Below, piece by piece: positions 12,738 to 25,934 of a stretch of DNA of 64,000 nucleotides. How positions within the stretch are numbered: position 1 is the first letter of the stretch; every line of letters begins with the position of its first letter. The DNA comes from Microthyrium microscopicum (taxonomy: Eukaryota). The position numbers and the translations under genes were made by a program. A model generated the notes under the pieces. It saw nothing but the letters and a program-made list of their open reading frames with translations. It did no database searches and was not told the DNA's origin. The stretch is taken from positions 1,089,359-1,153,358 of the forward strand of contig MU004241.1 in NCBI GenBank assembly GCA_010405405.1, read 5' to 3'.

Positions 12738-14172
12738 ATGGCTACTCAACTCACTCCCTCCAAAAAGGTACGCTTGTCCCGACTCTACACGCCACCGCCG
12801 GCTCCCTGCGGTTCACGCGATTTTTCTTGTACCAGCTAACATATGATACTTTACAGGCCGCTGTTGGCGTCGAAGCTCTTAAGATGAGCGACTCACCCGT
12901 GAAGCAACCCGTATTCCTCACTGAAAATAAGGAAAACCACAGCAGTGATGTCGCTGTCCGCGTGGCTGGCATCCCAGAGCTAGATTTTCCCGAGGAAGAA
13001 GACAAGCCCGTTGAATCAGCCGATGGCGAGACCAAAGGCAGCAAAGAGATCTTGCTTCGCGAGAACCCACACCGCTTCGTTTTATTCCCAGTACAACATC
13101 ACGAGGTAAGCTCACGACGCGTCTTGCAAGCACCAGACGCGTACTAATACACAACAGATATGGCGAATGTACAAGAAGGCAATGGCCTCCTTCTGGACTG
13201 CTGAGGAGATTGATCTCTCCAAAGACGTTACAGACTGGAACAACAAGCTCAATGATGACGAAAGATTCTTTGTCTCGCACATCCTCGCCTTCTTCGCTGC
13301 CTCCGATGGCATCGTCAACGAGAATCTCGTCGAGCGTTTCAGTGCCGAAGTACAAGTACCTGAAGCACGATGCTTCTATGGCTTCCAGATCATGATGGAG
13401 AATATCCATTCCGAGACCTACTCCCTCCTCATCGACACATACATCAGCGAGCCAAAGCAACGCAATTACCTCTTCAATGCCATTGACAACAGTAAGCCAT
13501 GTCCTCTGTTCTCCAGAAACAAACACTAACATGTTACCAGTCCCATGCATCCGCAAAAAGGCAGACTGGGCTCTTCGCTGGATCTCTGACAAGAACTCCA
13601 CCTTTGCCAGCCGTCTCGTTGCTTTCGCTGCTGTCGAAGGTATCTTCTTCAGCGGCTCCTTCGCCTCCATTTTCTGGCTCAAGAAGCGTGGTCTCATGCC
13701 TGGCCTAACCTTTTCCAACGAGCTCATCTCCCGTGACGAAGGTATGCACACCGACTTTGCCTGCCTCCTCTTCGGCATGCTTGAGGAGAAGCCTGATGCT
13801 GCCGCCGTCCGCGCCATCATCACTGAGGCCGTGCAAATCGAGCAAGAGTTCCTCACGGATGCTCTACCCGTCCGCCTCTTGGGAATGAACTCTGCCCTCA
13901 TGTGCCAATACATTGAGTTCGTCGCCGACCGTCTGCTCCTCGCCCTTGGCAACATCAAGGTTTACAACGCCACCAACCCATTCGACTTCATGGAGAACAT
14001 CTCACTTGCTGGCAAGACCAACTTCTTCGAGAAGCGTGTTGGTGACTACCAAAAAGCTGGTGTCATGGAGGCCACCAACAAGCGCGAGAAGGCTGCTGGT
14101 GAAGACGCCAACGCCGACTCGACGCCAAACGCAGGTATCAAGGGTGACTTTGATTTTGATGAGGACTTTTAG
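12738..14172 (+). CDS. RNR2: Ribonucleoside-diphosphate reductase small subunit (R2)
   Basis: Exons 12738-12767, 12857-13105, 13158-13491, 13541-14172. Motifs [67 protein letters not shown] and C-terminal FDEDF. Confidence 0.98.
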
Positions 14173-14892
14173 ATGAGATGAGATGTTGATGATGATGCCC
14201 TACAACCTTCCTCTCAAACCATATCTGTACACGTAATATATACCCTGAGGCTGTGGGGCGATGACTCGAGGAAGTATTTTTCACTCTTGGGTTAGGGGCG
14301 GTTGCATGATACCTGCTGCTTGTCAGCGGTCTTTTTTTGTTTGGTGGGCTCAGTCATGATGGCGTTTGGAATTGGCGTTGGGCATGTCGCTTGGGATGAT
14401 AAGAACGTCCTTGATGGCGTTTTGTACTGATTGATGGATATAATCCGAGCTGCATACAATTAAGACTTTACATTAACTACTTGTCTTTTGGTCTACTGTG
14501 AGATGAATACAGTGTTACTACGATATAGCTCTTATGCTTGATTGATGTAATAAGCTCTGAAAGAACTTCCGTCGACTTAGACTCTGGTCAATGCTGTATA
14601 CCAACACTCGATCTCGTACACAACTCAAAACTTACCAGTTATGCACAAATACAACTGATCGTTCGTACCATACGATTTCATCCACATTCATCGTTACAGC
14701 CTGAGTCGATAAGTTATCCAAAAGCTCACAGTCATGTCGTCATATATCGTCATACACCACGCGCAGTGCTCCTCGCCCCTGGACATGGAGTAGAGTACCA
14801 TTATTCTTACTACTAGTACCCTACATTAAAACAAACATCAACTTCATAAGTTTCAATCTCCATCTATCACAAACACCACATCTACCTCCAAA

Positions 14893-15556
14893 ATGCCAGA
14901 ACCAAACTCCCACGTCCAAGGCAAAGCTCTCGAAGCTCAATATGAACCCCATCCAGACCCACAAGCACTCACCGGCCACAAAGACGCCACCGGCAACATC
15001 TCAGACGTCGACTACGAGCCTTATCCAGAGCAGTCCGTCAAAATCTCCCCCGAAAAGCAGGACATCTTAAAGCGCATCACGAGTCTATACAGCGGCAGTG
15101 CAAGCGAAGAGGACATGCAAGTATACGCGCGCGAAAGCGTCTATGATGATCCATACAGTTACTGTGATACCAGATACAAAATTGCTGGACAGTGGTATGG
15201 TGCGTATCACAAACATCCTTCCTACGTGATGAGTAGTTAACGGGTAGGCGTTTCTAGGGATTCCAAAAATGTTTGCCAAATCAGAGACGTTGAAGACACA
15301 AGTCGTCAGTCCATCAGATACAGATCCCAAGCTACTGGTGTTCAAGTTACAGCAAAAGTATACTGTGCGGGCCGTCCAGCTGTCAAAGACGATAAATTCG
15401 TTGGTGAGCTTGTCGTTGGATGAGGAGGGAAAGGTCAAGTATCATAAGGATATGTGGAATGAGAAGGATTACAGTCATGGAGGATTGGGGAGATTTTTCA
15501 AGGAGCTTAATGGGGATCATTTGACGAAGATTACGCAGCCACCGACCGATCTTTAG
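14893..15556 (+). CDS. Conserved fungal hypothetical protein, probable NTF2/SnoaL-like fold
   Basis: Two ORF halves joined in frame by intron 15200-15257 (…KIAGQWYG|IPKMF…). Motifs VYDDPYSYC and KVKYHKDMWNEKD resemble NTF2-like proteins. Confidence 0.75.
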
Positions 15557-15803
15557 GGAGATGTTCAGTTCGGATGGGAAAATAGTTTGTATTTTTAGAG
15601 TATAGTAAAACGCCAATTTGGTTGGTATGTCCACCCCGTTCGCACTGAGCACAAGTCTATCGATAAATCAGATTTCGGGAGGCACATGCTTGCAAGTCCG
15701 TCCCTTTGTCAACGCCAATTCTGCCGTAACTTCATACAGATTATATCAAAACACACCGGTCATATATCTTCACACACGTAAATAGCAGGCCAGGTGATAA
15801 TGC

Positions 15804-16761
15804 CTATGCAAGCATACCCTTGCGCTTCATGGCAAACGCTAATGTCTCTGCGCTCAACTCATCGTCTTCCGGAATTTCGTCCAAAACAGGGATCATATCG
15901 GCGAACTTGTCCGCCGCGCGATAGGCGAGGATGGCAGGTACGCCGGCAGCGTCCATTTCTGCTTGCTCATAGTGTAGCTTGACAAAGCGCACAGAGGGAA
16001 AGGCGCGAGCGACGGAGTGTACGCAGTGTTCGATGAGTTGCGAGACTTCGGACTATGTGGTGGTTAGCTGGTGCTAGAGTATATACTTATCAATTCACAC
16101 TTACGAGGTCGTCGTAGATGAACACTATGACAGTAGCATCACGTCGAGCTGTCTCGATGGCGTCGAGGTAACCTTCCGCATCAACTGTTTGCATCGCACC
16201 GTAGCGAGGCGCACTTGTGCTCCGCCGGCCCATGTAAGTTGGGCGGTTGTGCGAATGCGATAGTTCCTGAAGTCTGCTCTGGCGCCAGCGCGAGAGGAAG
16301 TCATCTTCGCTATCCGAGTCCTCATCAGCTTCCATTAGCCAACTACCGTTGCGGGCATGGCCAGCTTTGTCGCGGCTCGAAACGTGCGACGGTACAGGAG
16401 CAGGTCTATATTGAGAGATGGCCTTTTGAGAACGTGGTGATATATTGCGGTGGGCTCGACGAGCTTGTTCAAAGGCTTGGGCATCAGCAATGACTCCTTT
16501 AGGTCCGGTGTTTGCTTCAGAGCGCGACGAGGGAACAAAGTAGCGGGTGCGCATTTTGCCGGATTTGCGTGGTTGAGTGGCTTCGTCGTCGTCTTCGTGG
16601 TCAGAGTCGGGATTGGTATGGGATCTTATGGTCTTTTCGTTGTGTCCAGGGGAAGAAGGGGGTGATGGTATATCTGAGCGGTCTTCTTGGTGGGGTTGTG
16701 AGGGAGAGTTGGATCCTGAGTTGAAGAGAGCGTCAAACTCGTCTTGGGCAGCAGATGTCAT
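15804..16761 (-). CDS. phnA: Phosducin-like protein (PhLP1; PhnA/BDM-1 type G-beta-gamma chaperone)
   Basis: Diagnostic NTGPKGVIADA motif, FLSRWRQSRLQEL, and a thioredoxin-like C-terminus (VIVFIYDD|SEVS…RFVKL…VPAILAYR). Intron 16104-16053. Confidence 0.92.
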
Positions 16762-18259
16762 GGTGGCAAGCCGAGGGCGGAAGAGGATGTTTTATGTATG
16801 AGTAGGCCCGGGGGAAAACGTGTTGTTGGGTGTTTGGTGGGTTGGTGCAAACTGCAGGGCTGAGAGTGGGATGTATCAGGGTTTGCGTGAGAATCAGCAC
16901 GAGTGAATCTGGTAGATAGACTAAAGTGGTCAACGCGCCGAGCATGGATCTTCGGATATGCAGGGGCGCAGCGGATAATATACGATGTTGATGTGATGAG
17001 TTCAGGTACCAGTACAGCGTGCTCGTATATATTGTCTTGTCGTTTGGTGGTTGGGTGTAGAGAGTAGAGAGAAGAAGGTTAAGAGGTGGTGGTGGTGGCA
17101 GTGGATGGCAGTTGCACCCAGTGACCCAAGCATTGGCTCTCAATTTAGACTCAGCCGGTTAAGTATTGTAGACTTTAGACAAAAGACAAAAGGTGATTGG
17201 ACTGGACCTGCGTCTCAGAATTGTTAGTTCCTGCAAGACTGAGTGTAAGTTGACTTTTCTGTTTCCAAACTACTCCTAAAGTCCTCCCGTTATTCCGATA
17301 ATCCCCTGCCATTTCACACGTGTGAGAGCATTGAGCATTTGCCTCAGATATTGATATCTACGGCCTGGTCTGTTCTTTCAGCATTGGGTCCGTTCATAGG
17401 TAGCAAGAGAGAGAGTCCAGACTCCACGACAGAACGACAGACAGAGACAAGGTCCGAGTCTTGACCGCTGTCTTTACTCTTTACGCCTTCTTACCTGGTA
17501 GAGTACATCTGGACATTGACTGAGAAAACTATCTTTGATCCTGCATAAATTGCTCAGAAACAATTGCAAGATTCAGTCGGTTGAGACAAACAACTCATCG
17601 CCACAAGTCCTGATTCAGTAAATATCTTCTCAACCACGTATACAACCACTCTCTATGAAATCATGTCCGTCTCAAAACCCAACATCAACGACACCATGGC
17701 TTCACAACAACGTCACTCGCCCCTCGGACCCAGACTCCATTTAGATATCAGAGGGGAAAACTTTAATTATTCTTGAAACAAGAGACTTGAAACAAACCCG
17801 CCCACTCCCGATGCCCCAAGTCATCCCTGTGCCTGCTTATCCGCTGCTTCCCCTCCACTTCTGGAATATCATGAAACACCAGAATCTGCACTCTTGCAAC
17901 GCCAACCACAAATCGCCCAGCCCGTTTGCCCATCGGACAAAGCGTTGTGATTCTCAGCGCCACAAGATACAGTTTCCTCCCAGCCTCAAAAATGAGATTT
18001 CACCCGATTCCCCGAGTGACCCACTAAATCCAAAGATAACCTACAGAATTTATCTAGAGACGAACTATCACAAATGTACCTGCATAAGCTGCAAAATAGC
18101 GCCCTCAACTCCCAATCGCGCTCGAATCCACATGCCAAAAAGTACTAACAACCAACTCCATTTCACTATTCCCTGCCAATCCCGTCCCTATATCCTGGTA
18201 AATATTAGCCCATCTTAACCGCGCCCGCGATCCGATGAACCATTGAGATCCACACCACC

Positions 18260-18860
18260 TTGCGATGCATCCAACGTCTGACCTTCAAGTCCACTTCTCC
18301 AAACCATCATCATCGCTGGGAATAAAAGCGCAAAATGACGATATGCCCGCTAATCAAACAACCCGTTCAACTAACTATAATCTAACTACTGCACGTCAGT
18401 TTGCGCATTTGTGTTGACTGATCCGGCCCCGAATATCATGGACCCCCAGAACATGACTCAAGCAGAAACCCCAGCCTTTCGTAATGAACGAAGATGCTTC
18501 GTGTTGTTTTTGCTGCGGGTGAGTCTACCGTTAGTTTTGACCCTGCAGAGTGCGTTGTTTTGTTTCATACTGGTACAGACAAGATTTCTGGCCGGATGGG
18601 GACTAGGGAGTGCAATGGAGGTGTTTGTTTTTGAACTTAGGAGTCTAGGAAGCTGTTATGTATACTTTTGGCATTGCGCACAACCTTGCGTATTAAAATC
18701 CTACGTAGAGATGTAGAGGGGGCTCTGCTGTTTGATCTATTGGCGTAAAATGTATCTGTCTACATTTGACGAGATATGTACATCGTTAAACTACGCTCAT
18801 TAGTAATAATTCCAAGCATCTTGCGAAGTTGCGATGGATCTAACGTCTGACTTTCACGTC
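18260..18860 (+). repeat. Direct repeat A (copies at about 18260-18291 and 18829-18860)
   Basis: ttgcgatgcatccaacgtctgaccttcaagtc vs ttgcgatggatctaacgtctgactttcacgtc (28/32 identical); weaker similarity continues about 25 bp further. Confidence 0.7.
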
Positions 18861-19908
18861 TATACCTTCTTCATTGCTGCAATATGCAACCGCACCTACG
18901 AATTTAGATATCAGAACTTCATCACTTCCTTCAGATTATCGCCTTCATGGAAAGCTTGACGGTCGCCAAATCCGAAATCTCGGTATTGAATCAAGAAATC
19001 GATAACGAGAAAGGTTTCTATCGAATTCGCGCCGGAAACAGAGTTCACTATGTCACAATTTTTGCCGGCGTGTTCGACGAAACCATCATGTGTCGACCAT
19101 TTCTTCTAGTTCCTGTCCTTCCAGACTTCCCTGATGACCAATGGACAACCATGGAAATCCGTCCGCAAAAGGACGGGACGGTAGAAACGACAATCTCCTC
19201 AGAGCCATTACCAACCATCGAAGACGACATCATCTGGCATGCCAATAAGGTCGAAATACTAGATCTCAAAGCGTCCAGGCGTCGCATAAAGCCAAGGATT
19301 TTGGAGGTCATGTACGAAGACACGCCCGCGATTGCAAAATTTGCTCGTTTTCCTTGGGAGATTGCATACGTTGAGAATGAAACGTTTGCCTATTCAGTAC
19401 TTCAGGAACACGCGCCCGAAGTAATTCCTAGATTCCTCGGGCACCTGACTGAGGGTGGCAGAGTCATGGGATTGTTACTGGAGAAGGTTGAGGGAGCTTG
19501 TGTGTCAATCGAAAACCTTTCTCAGTGTGAGAAGGCAGTGCAGGCAATTCATCAGGCTGGCTTGCTTCATGGAGATGTCAATCGGTACAACTTCATTGTC
19601 GATTCGAAGACGGCGGCCATAAAGGTTATTGACTTTGAGCATGCGGAAGCCTTTGAGCACGATTTGGCCAAAAAGGAGATGGATTCGTTGATATATGAAA
19701 TCCAGGAGGACTCTGGTCGCGGTGGGCCGCCCAGGCTGATTGCGATGTAAGGATCTCCCATGGCAAACATCTACACCAGGCTCAGGAATCATGTTTTTAG
19801 CGTAATGAAATCCTACGCGCAGATGCAGAGGAGGCTCTGCTGGTAATCTGTTGGTGTGAAATGTGTCGGTCTACTTATGACCAGATGGATATATCCTTGA
19901 ACTACGCT
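18688..19908 (+). repeat. Direct repeat B, about 110 bp (copies 18688-18797 and 19800-19908), flanking the kinase-like gene
   Basis: gcgtattaaaatcctacgtagagatgtagagggggctctgctg…aactacgct vs gcgtaatgaaatcctacgcgcagatgcagaggaggctctgctg…aactacgct; roughly 75-80% identical by manual alignment. Confidence 0.85.
18947..19750 (+). CDS. Protein-kinase-like (APH/RIO-like) fungal protein, a family often mislabelled 'alpha-galactosidase A'
   Basis: Intronless 267 aa. AIAKFARFPWE (catalytic Lys), ENET, PRFLGHLTE, LLEKVEG, HGDVNRYN (catalytic loop), IDFE, and C-terminal SGRGG. Confidence 0.85.
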   Translation: MESLTVAKSEISVLNQEIDNEKGFYRIRAGNRVHYVTIFAGVFDETIMCRPFLLVPVLPDFPDDQWTTMEIRPQKDGTVETTISSEPLPTIEDDIIWHANKVEILDLKASRRRIKPRILEVMYEDTPAIAKFARFPWEIAYVENETFAYSVLQEHAPEVIPRFLGHLTEGGRVMGLLLEKVEGACVSIENLSQCEKAVQAIHQAGLLHGDVNRYNFIVDSKTAAIKVIDFEHAEAFEHDLAKKEMDSLIYEIQEDSGRGGPPRLIAM

Positions 19909-21697
19909 GGTCAAGGTGACCCTTAGATCCATTCAAAGCACTCAAAAGTCGTGCCAGACGAGAGCCTACGTACGCGCCCATCATTGCCTTGGGTAACACG
20001 TCTGTGTACATCGTACATAGTAGACTTGAGTCGCGCAGAGATGTGGATCTTTAAGATATTCTGTCTGCTTGACTGTTCATGGACTACGAGAAGGATACTT
20101 ACTTGAGCTTGGATGGATGGCCATTCGAGATTTTGACTTACTGTAGTATATCCCTTTCCAAAATAAGGAATTTGAGCTGGTGGCTTAATGCAAGAACAAG
20201 GACAGACGAGACAAACCTTAGTATTACCAAAAATTCCGCTGTTGCTGTATATATGGTGCAAGTTAGAATATATCACCCGCTTCAATTCAACCAAGTCACG
20301 CATAATTCATTCGTCAGGAGATTTGTAAAAGATATAGAAAAGAGGCTTTCAGCATCTTACAACAAAATGAGTACTGACCACTAGTATTTCCTTTACATGC
20401 CAGCACCCAACTCATTCCAACCCAACCGTATGCCCCTAACGCAACGTCTCTCTTAAACGGCCCAAATGTCTTACAAGAATTAGCCCCGACCCGACATACT
20501 AGGGAAATAGACCGCTCAGCAGAACAACAACCCCAAAACCTCCCATAGAAATGCCTGCTCCTTGATAATAGAAAATAACATTGGTGTCGCTGGCCCGCCG
20601 TTCGGTGCCGATCGATGTTTGGAGGAGACTTCTTGTTGCGGCATTGACCGAGCGTGTGTGTTCTAATGTATACTGTAGATGAATATGGCGGATATCAGGT
20701 CGCGCCAACCTCTTGTTCCTTGATGGAGGATTCTTTGCAGCAGCGCGAAAGATGTTCGATGATAGATGAAAGTAAATCAATCGTATCAACACAGCTTGAG
20801 AGACAGTCGAATGCTCCATATACTGTAGTGCCTGTATAGATCCTCCAGTGGATCGACGAGTGGATCCAGAAGGACCAGAGCCCAGGAGAGCATACAAGAG
20901 CAACAACAGCAACAAGTAGCACTAAGAATGAACAACAACACATAAAAAGGTGGAAATGAATAAATAGACTCCCGCACGCCATGAAAATGGCACCATAAAA
21001 GCGCCTGAAAACCTTAAATAGGTCCATTGCCCAAGTTTCGCAACGAGCGTCATTGTGGATATTGCTTCTCGCCTCATGCGGGCGAAATCCTCACTTTTGT
21101 CTCCAGCAGAAACACACGTACAATTGTAAGAAAAGAACGCGAGCAGATGGGCAAGACAATTGACATTATTGAGGAAGAGAAGAAGAAGCAAAAAAAGGCT
21201 AGACTGTGCTTTGCTGCGCTGGCCCATCAGAACATGCATTAGCTTATACAAAGAACGTCCTGGTTCAGCAGTTTCGCCAAGAAACATCATATATTGACCA
21301 GGCCACCTTGACGACTTCTGCGGTTGTATTGCGGAGAATTGGTGAGAGTCGGCTTGGAGCATCGCCTTGTTTTTGGTATTTCAGAATCGGGATGGTCGGT
21401 ATGGGGGCGAGGCGCGTGTCAGTCAGGCCTTTGGTGTGGTCAAAAGAGAATTGGTTAAAAGAAATTATTTTTCCGAGAAGAAAAAGGGGATTCCCGGGTG
21501 GTATCTCGAATCACCAAATGGTGAGTTAATTTTGGCGAATGGTAACATGACAGGTGAGTCGTTAAAACGGGCTGTTTGGACTGAAAATTGTACGTTAAGC
21601 AAATATCCAGTCAGTTGCTCGTGTATGGCGTGCTAAAACGGTGCAGAATGTTGGGCTTGTCTTGGAAAACTCGCCTTTCTAGGCAGTTTCGGTGTGT

Positions 21698-23025
21698 CTA
21701 TGCCCAAACGCGTAACTGGAGGAGAATGATTAGTGGGGCTTTCTTGTATCACTTCGGCTGAGACGCAATCATACCATGGAATCCCAAGAACCTGTGCACA
21801 GGCTCAGAGCATCGTTACTAACGCCGAGACAACTAACTCTGTTATCGTGACCTTGAAGAGTTCCAACTCGTTCGCCACGAAGGACATCCCAAACCTGAAA
21901 ACGGGTTAGTAAAATTGTAGGGATGATACTGAGATGGACCTACTTTGCATTCAAAATCATCATAACCTGCAAATAGTAGTCTTCCAGAGACTGAAAAAGC
22001 CACTGAAGTGATTCCACAAACTGGTTCTCCAATCTAATAAATGGTTAGTTGGAACGTGAAATTGCTTGTACAGGGTAGTAGGTAGTGGACGTACGGTGTA
22101 AGCTTGTAACTCTCGATCTGCCCGAATGTCAAACAAACGGCAAGATGCATCATCTGAACCAGTTCCAAAGGCGTTGCCATTGGGAAAGAATTGAATGGCG
22201 TTAATGTCCGAGTCGTGGGCAGCAAATGTTTGTATGCATCGTTGTTGCCGAATGTCCCAAAGTTTGGCATATGTGTCGCAAGCGCCAGAAACAAATTGGT
22301 TGTTGTCTAGAGGATTTATAGATAGACTCATAACATCTCCCAAATGATCGGCAAATTCATGGATTCTAGCTCCGGTTTCCACGTCCCACAGTACACAGGT
22401 CATATCTCCGGAGGATGTAAGAATGCGTCGATCATTGATGAATCTGCAGCAACTGAGGTAGCCCGAATGGCCTGACAATTCCCGTGCAACGCGAGTAGGA
22501 CCTTCGCGAGCGGAAAGATTATAAATGGAGCAAATATTGTCCAAACCACCACAAGCAACATAATTGCCGCTAGGTGAATAGGCGCAAGTCATGACCCATG
22601 ATGATCTTAGAGGAATGGCGTGTACTTTGTTGGTGGTGTAAGCGTCCCAAATAATGAGTTTTCCATCCTGTGAAGCAGAAACGAGATGTCTTCGATCCGT
22701 CGACCAATGCATAGCATAAATCTTGGCAAGATGGCCTTTGAGGGTTCGTTTCGTCTTCATGCCGAGACGAGGAAGCTGTTCAACTCGGGCGCGAGCGACT
22801 TCGCGGACTGTAAATTCACAATGGTTAGTACTGAACATAACAATGACGAGACGAGTGTTCTCAATGGGCCCAAAGACTAGCGCGTGGTAGGCTGTGAAGG
22901 GAATCAAACTTACGAGTGGTATCAGCCAATTCATCCTTCTTCCTCTTTATCCGATCTTTAAGAGCTTCAGCATCTCTGCGAGCTATTTGAATGCGCTGTT
23001 GGATAGTTTCGGTATTCATCTCCAT
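21698..23025 (-). CDS. sfaD: Heterotrimeric G-protein beta subunit
   Basis: Exons 23025-22914, 22807-22095, 22033-21944, 21894-21775, 21715-21698. N-terminal coiled coil, [38 protein letters not shown], seven WD40 repeats, ending GSWDSM|LRVWA*. Confidence 0.98.
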
Positions 23026-25934
23026 GAGACTGGCCTAAGGCCCAGGAACAGGACCGTGATTAGAGCTGAGCGAACAAGCAGCCGACAAGAGCGTCGACGG
23101 CAAGGAGAAGTATTGACGGAGAAGCGCGCAAAGGAGCAGGCAGAAACGGAGAGATGAGAATGGTGGCCAAAGTGATGAGATGGTAGATGATGGATCAAGG
23201 TGGTAACATTAAGGGATGAGGTCGCGCGTCGGCGGAGGTAGACGATTGGCGGAGCAGGGAGCGGGCAAGTCTGGGGAACAATTGGATGGAGGAACCAAGC
23301 GTAGGCCGGAGAGCCGGAATGGAGGTGGAGTGGTTGAGGATTCAGGGCAGGGGCGTGTATGGCTCCCTACTGGGCAAAGGGAGGAAGCAAGGTGGAAGAT
23401 AGTAAAGGAAGTAAAAGGTCGAGATGAGGTTGGTGGTTGAAGACAAAAGATGGATTTACGATTTGAGATGGAGATGGAGAAGGAAAGCACTGAGCACTGA
23501 GCAGGTTGGCTGGCTGGGGCTGGCAGGAGCGATGTGGATTTGGTGGAGAAAGGAAAGGCAGAAAGGGCAAGAGCAGTTCAGTTGGCAGGAGCTCCAACCA
23601 GAGCAGGCAAGAGCAGGGAACAGGAAAAGGCAAGAGCGAGCAGTGAGCTCCCAGACTCCCACCCTCCAAAAGCAGGCGCGACCCAATTATTGGCCAGTTG
23701 CAACTGCCAGAAACAAGAAGCGAAGCGTGGTTAACTTCAACAATTATTACTCACTACCCATCAAATACATACATCTCCGACCTCCGAGGCTTTAACCAAG
23801 AGCTCATTAATATGGCATGTATCCCTTCGTCTCTTCTCTCAACCTCCTGTCAACAAAGTACCTTCAAATACCTGATCACTGTCACACTGCACAGTAAGAA
23901 TGAGTACCAAAGCAATCGTCAAGACTTGAACCTTGGCTGTCAACCCAGCGGAGCAACTTGCAAATTCATTGTGGACTGTGCATCGCCAGCCACGCAAATT
24001 CAGTTATATAGAACAAACAGCAGCTTCCGAAGCTCGCAGCAGCGTCTCAAATTCTCCAAGCACAACAAGTTTTAACTTCTGACAGCTCTCAAGATCATTG
24101 ATGTCAACGTTGAAGCATCGAGGAGCAGCTATGAGCCAAGGGCGGGCAGCGGCAATGCTAGCGCAGCCACAATTAGCCAACCAAAACCCCTGTTAATCGC
24201 GCTAGAACCAGCAACGACATTGAGGACCTTTGCTCGTTTCTAGCGTGTGCCTGGTTTCTGCCATCATTTTATCAACAACTGAAACTTCCAGACAGCGATT
24301 ACTAAATACCTTGATTCTGTCAACATTTCAAGGATAGTACAGCTTCAGAGACCCGCTTATCTTGCTTCCAGAAGCCTGTTTCTTCGTCTCCCATCTTCTG
24401 GAATTATGTCAAGCTCGTCAAGTCCTTTGCCTTCGCTAATTTGCACCGAGTCCACCAAGCTTGCTATTCGCTAAAACACCTTGTCGCTAACTCCTAGCCT
24501 AAGGACCTGTCAGGCTCGGTCTGCAGTTGTGTTCCCGTTTAGGCTGGCTGCTGGCTTGCTTCATGTTACCATCACTTCCAGCATTCCGATTATCATTCCC
24601 GTTCAGCCCAATCAAACAACTCTGACTTGTCATCATCTTGGTTTTTAATATCTTGACTGCCTTGTAATGCGCCATTCCAGACCGGCAGCGACGCAATTGG
24701 CCGATTTGCACATGTCAAACCGTGGGACCCGATCGCAAAGTCCCCTCCGTGTCGAGAACAGTTGATCTTCCCGTTTTTCTGATGCCGGCGTCAGGAACGA
24801 TCTTCCAATCTAATAAAGCTTGTTAACTTAGCCGCGCATGAAGTCAGCCCCGAGCCTCCCTTGATGTTTGCAATATGACACCTGCTGGATTTGTTTGTAG
24901 CTCCATGCCAGGCATATCAGGCTATAGAGCGTGCGATATTAATTCAGGGGACCCTGGATCGATGGCAGTACACACGGTAGTATTTCAGCAACCGACTGAA
25001 CACTCAGGAGAACAGAACAGCTGCGGTGTTCCCATTAGTTACGACGATTGCCACCTCTAGGGGCTTGTCGCGCTCTTGGAAGGACTGCGCAATACCAAGA
25101 TGTTGAACCCAAATGTCAACAGCAACGAGGTCCTTGTGAGATGAGGAGACAAAACAAGTGGTGCTCTGATCCGCTTTGCTGTCAACAATTCTCTCAATTC
25201 CAAGTACTCTGTCCTAACCAATGCGCTCAAAAACGCCATTGGTTCAATATGACAGAAAACCAACCTCTTCTTTTTGAACGGCTTTGCCCTTGATGAGAAA
25301 TGAACATTGATCTTATGGACTGGTCACATAAAACGATGAGAGACTATGCCGTTCATGCCAAGACGTCAATCGTTGATTCGTTATTGTCCGCTCCAATAAC
25401 TACAACGAAAATGGCTGTGGCAAACGGGTAGAGAGCATCTGCTATTGATCGTGGTTATGCGCCCTAAATTGAATCAACTACCACCCAGTGAGGATCGAAT
25501 ATGACAACCGGAATATGACATCAAAGCCGCTGCAGTACAACAAGCTACTGCCAGGCACAGGACTTCCACCAGACAGGAACCCTGTCATTCTGGTATCATT
25601 GCCTCGGATCCTCTTATATCCCCGCGAGCATTATAATCTGCCGAAAAATGTTTTGACTGAACCAGGGAATAGATGACATTTTTTGACAACGTCCTACCTG
25701 TCATTGGAACGATTTACTATTCCTTGTCGTTCCGATACCATGGGATCACTTTCCATTAGCGGCCCATCACTCGTTTCTGTCAATATTTGCGACTCGCATG
25801 CCACAAGCATTACAGAAGAGGAAGTACTCTAGAACATCGCCGCAAATCCGCTGACGATCATTCAATTTCGCTACGAAAACAATGCTAGGTATACCAAACG
25901 CCTATGAAAATGCTACAGACACTATCCAAAAATC

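Noticed and set aside
12918..13958. 346-aa antisense ORF opposite RNR2
   Set aside because: Shadow of a strongly codon-biased gene; it runs across RNR2 introns and has no recognisable motifs.
17660..18220. Short Pro/Gln-rich plus-strand reading frames with in-frame stops
   Set aside because: Could be a decayed gene, but no family signal or splice structure supports a call.
20384..21697. Overlapping hydrophobic or Cys-rich ORFs downstream of G-beta (e.g. 20695-21027)
   Set aside because: T-rich low-complexity sequence on the minus strand, more consistent with a long G-beta 3' UTR; no consistent coding frame.
23026..23700. Multiple short ORFs upstream of G-beta
   Set aside because: CT-rich promoter/5' UTR composition produces Ser/Pro/Leu ORFs, mostly with non-ATG starts.
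23700..25900. Scattered 60-125 aa ORFs between G-beta and the acyltransferase
   Set aside because: No motifs, no joinable exons and no repeat structure found; left unannotated.
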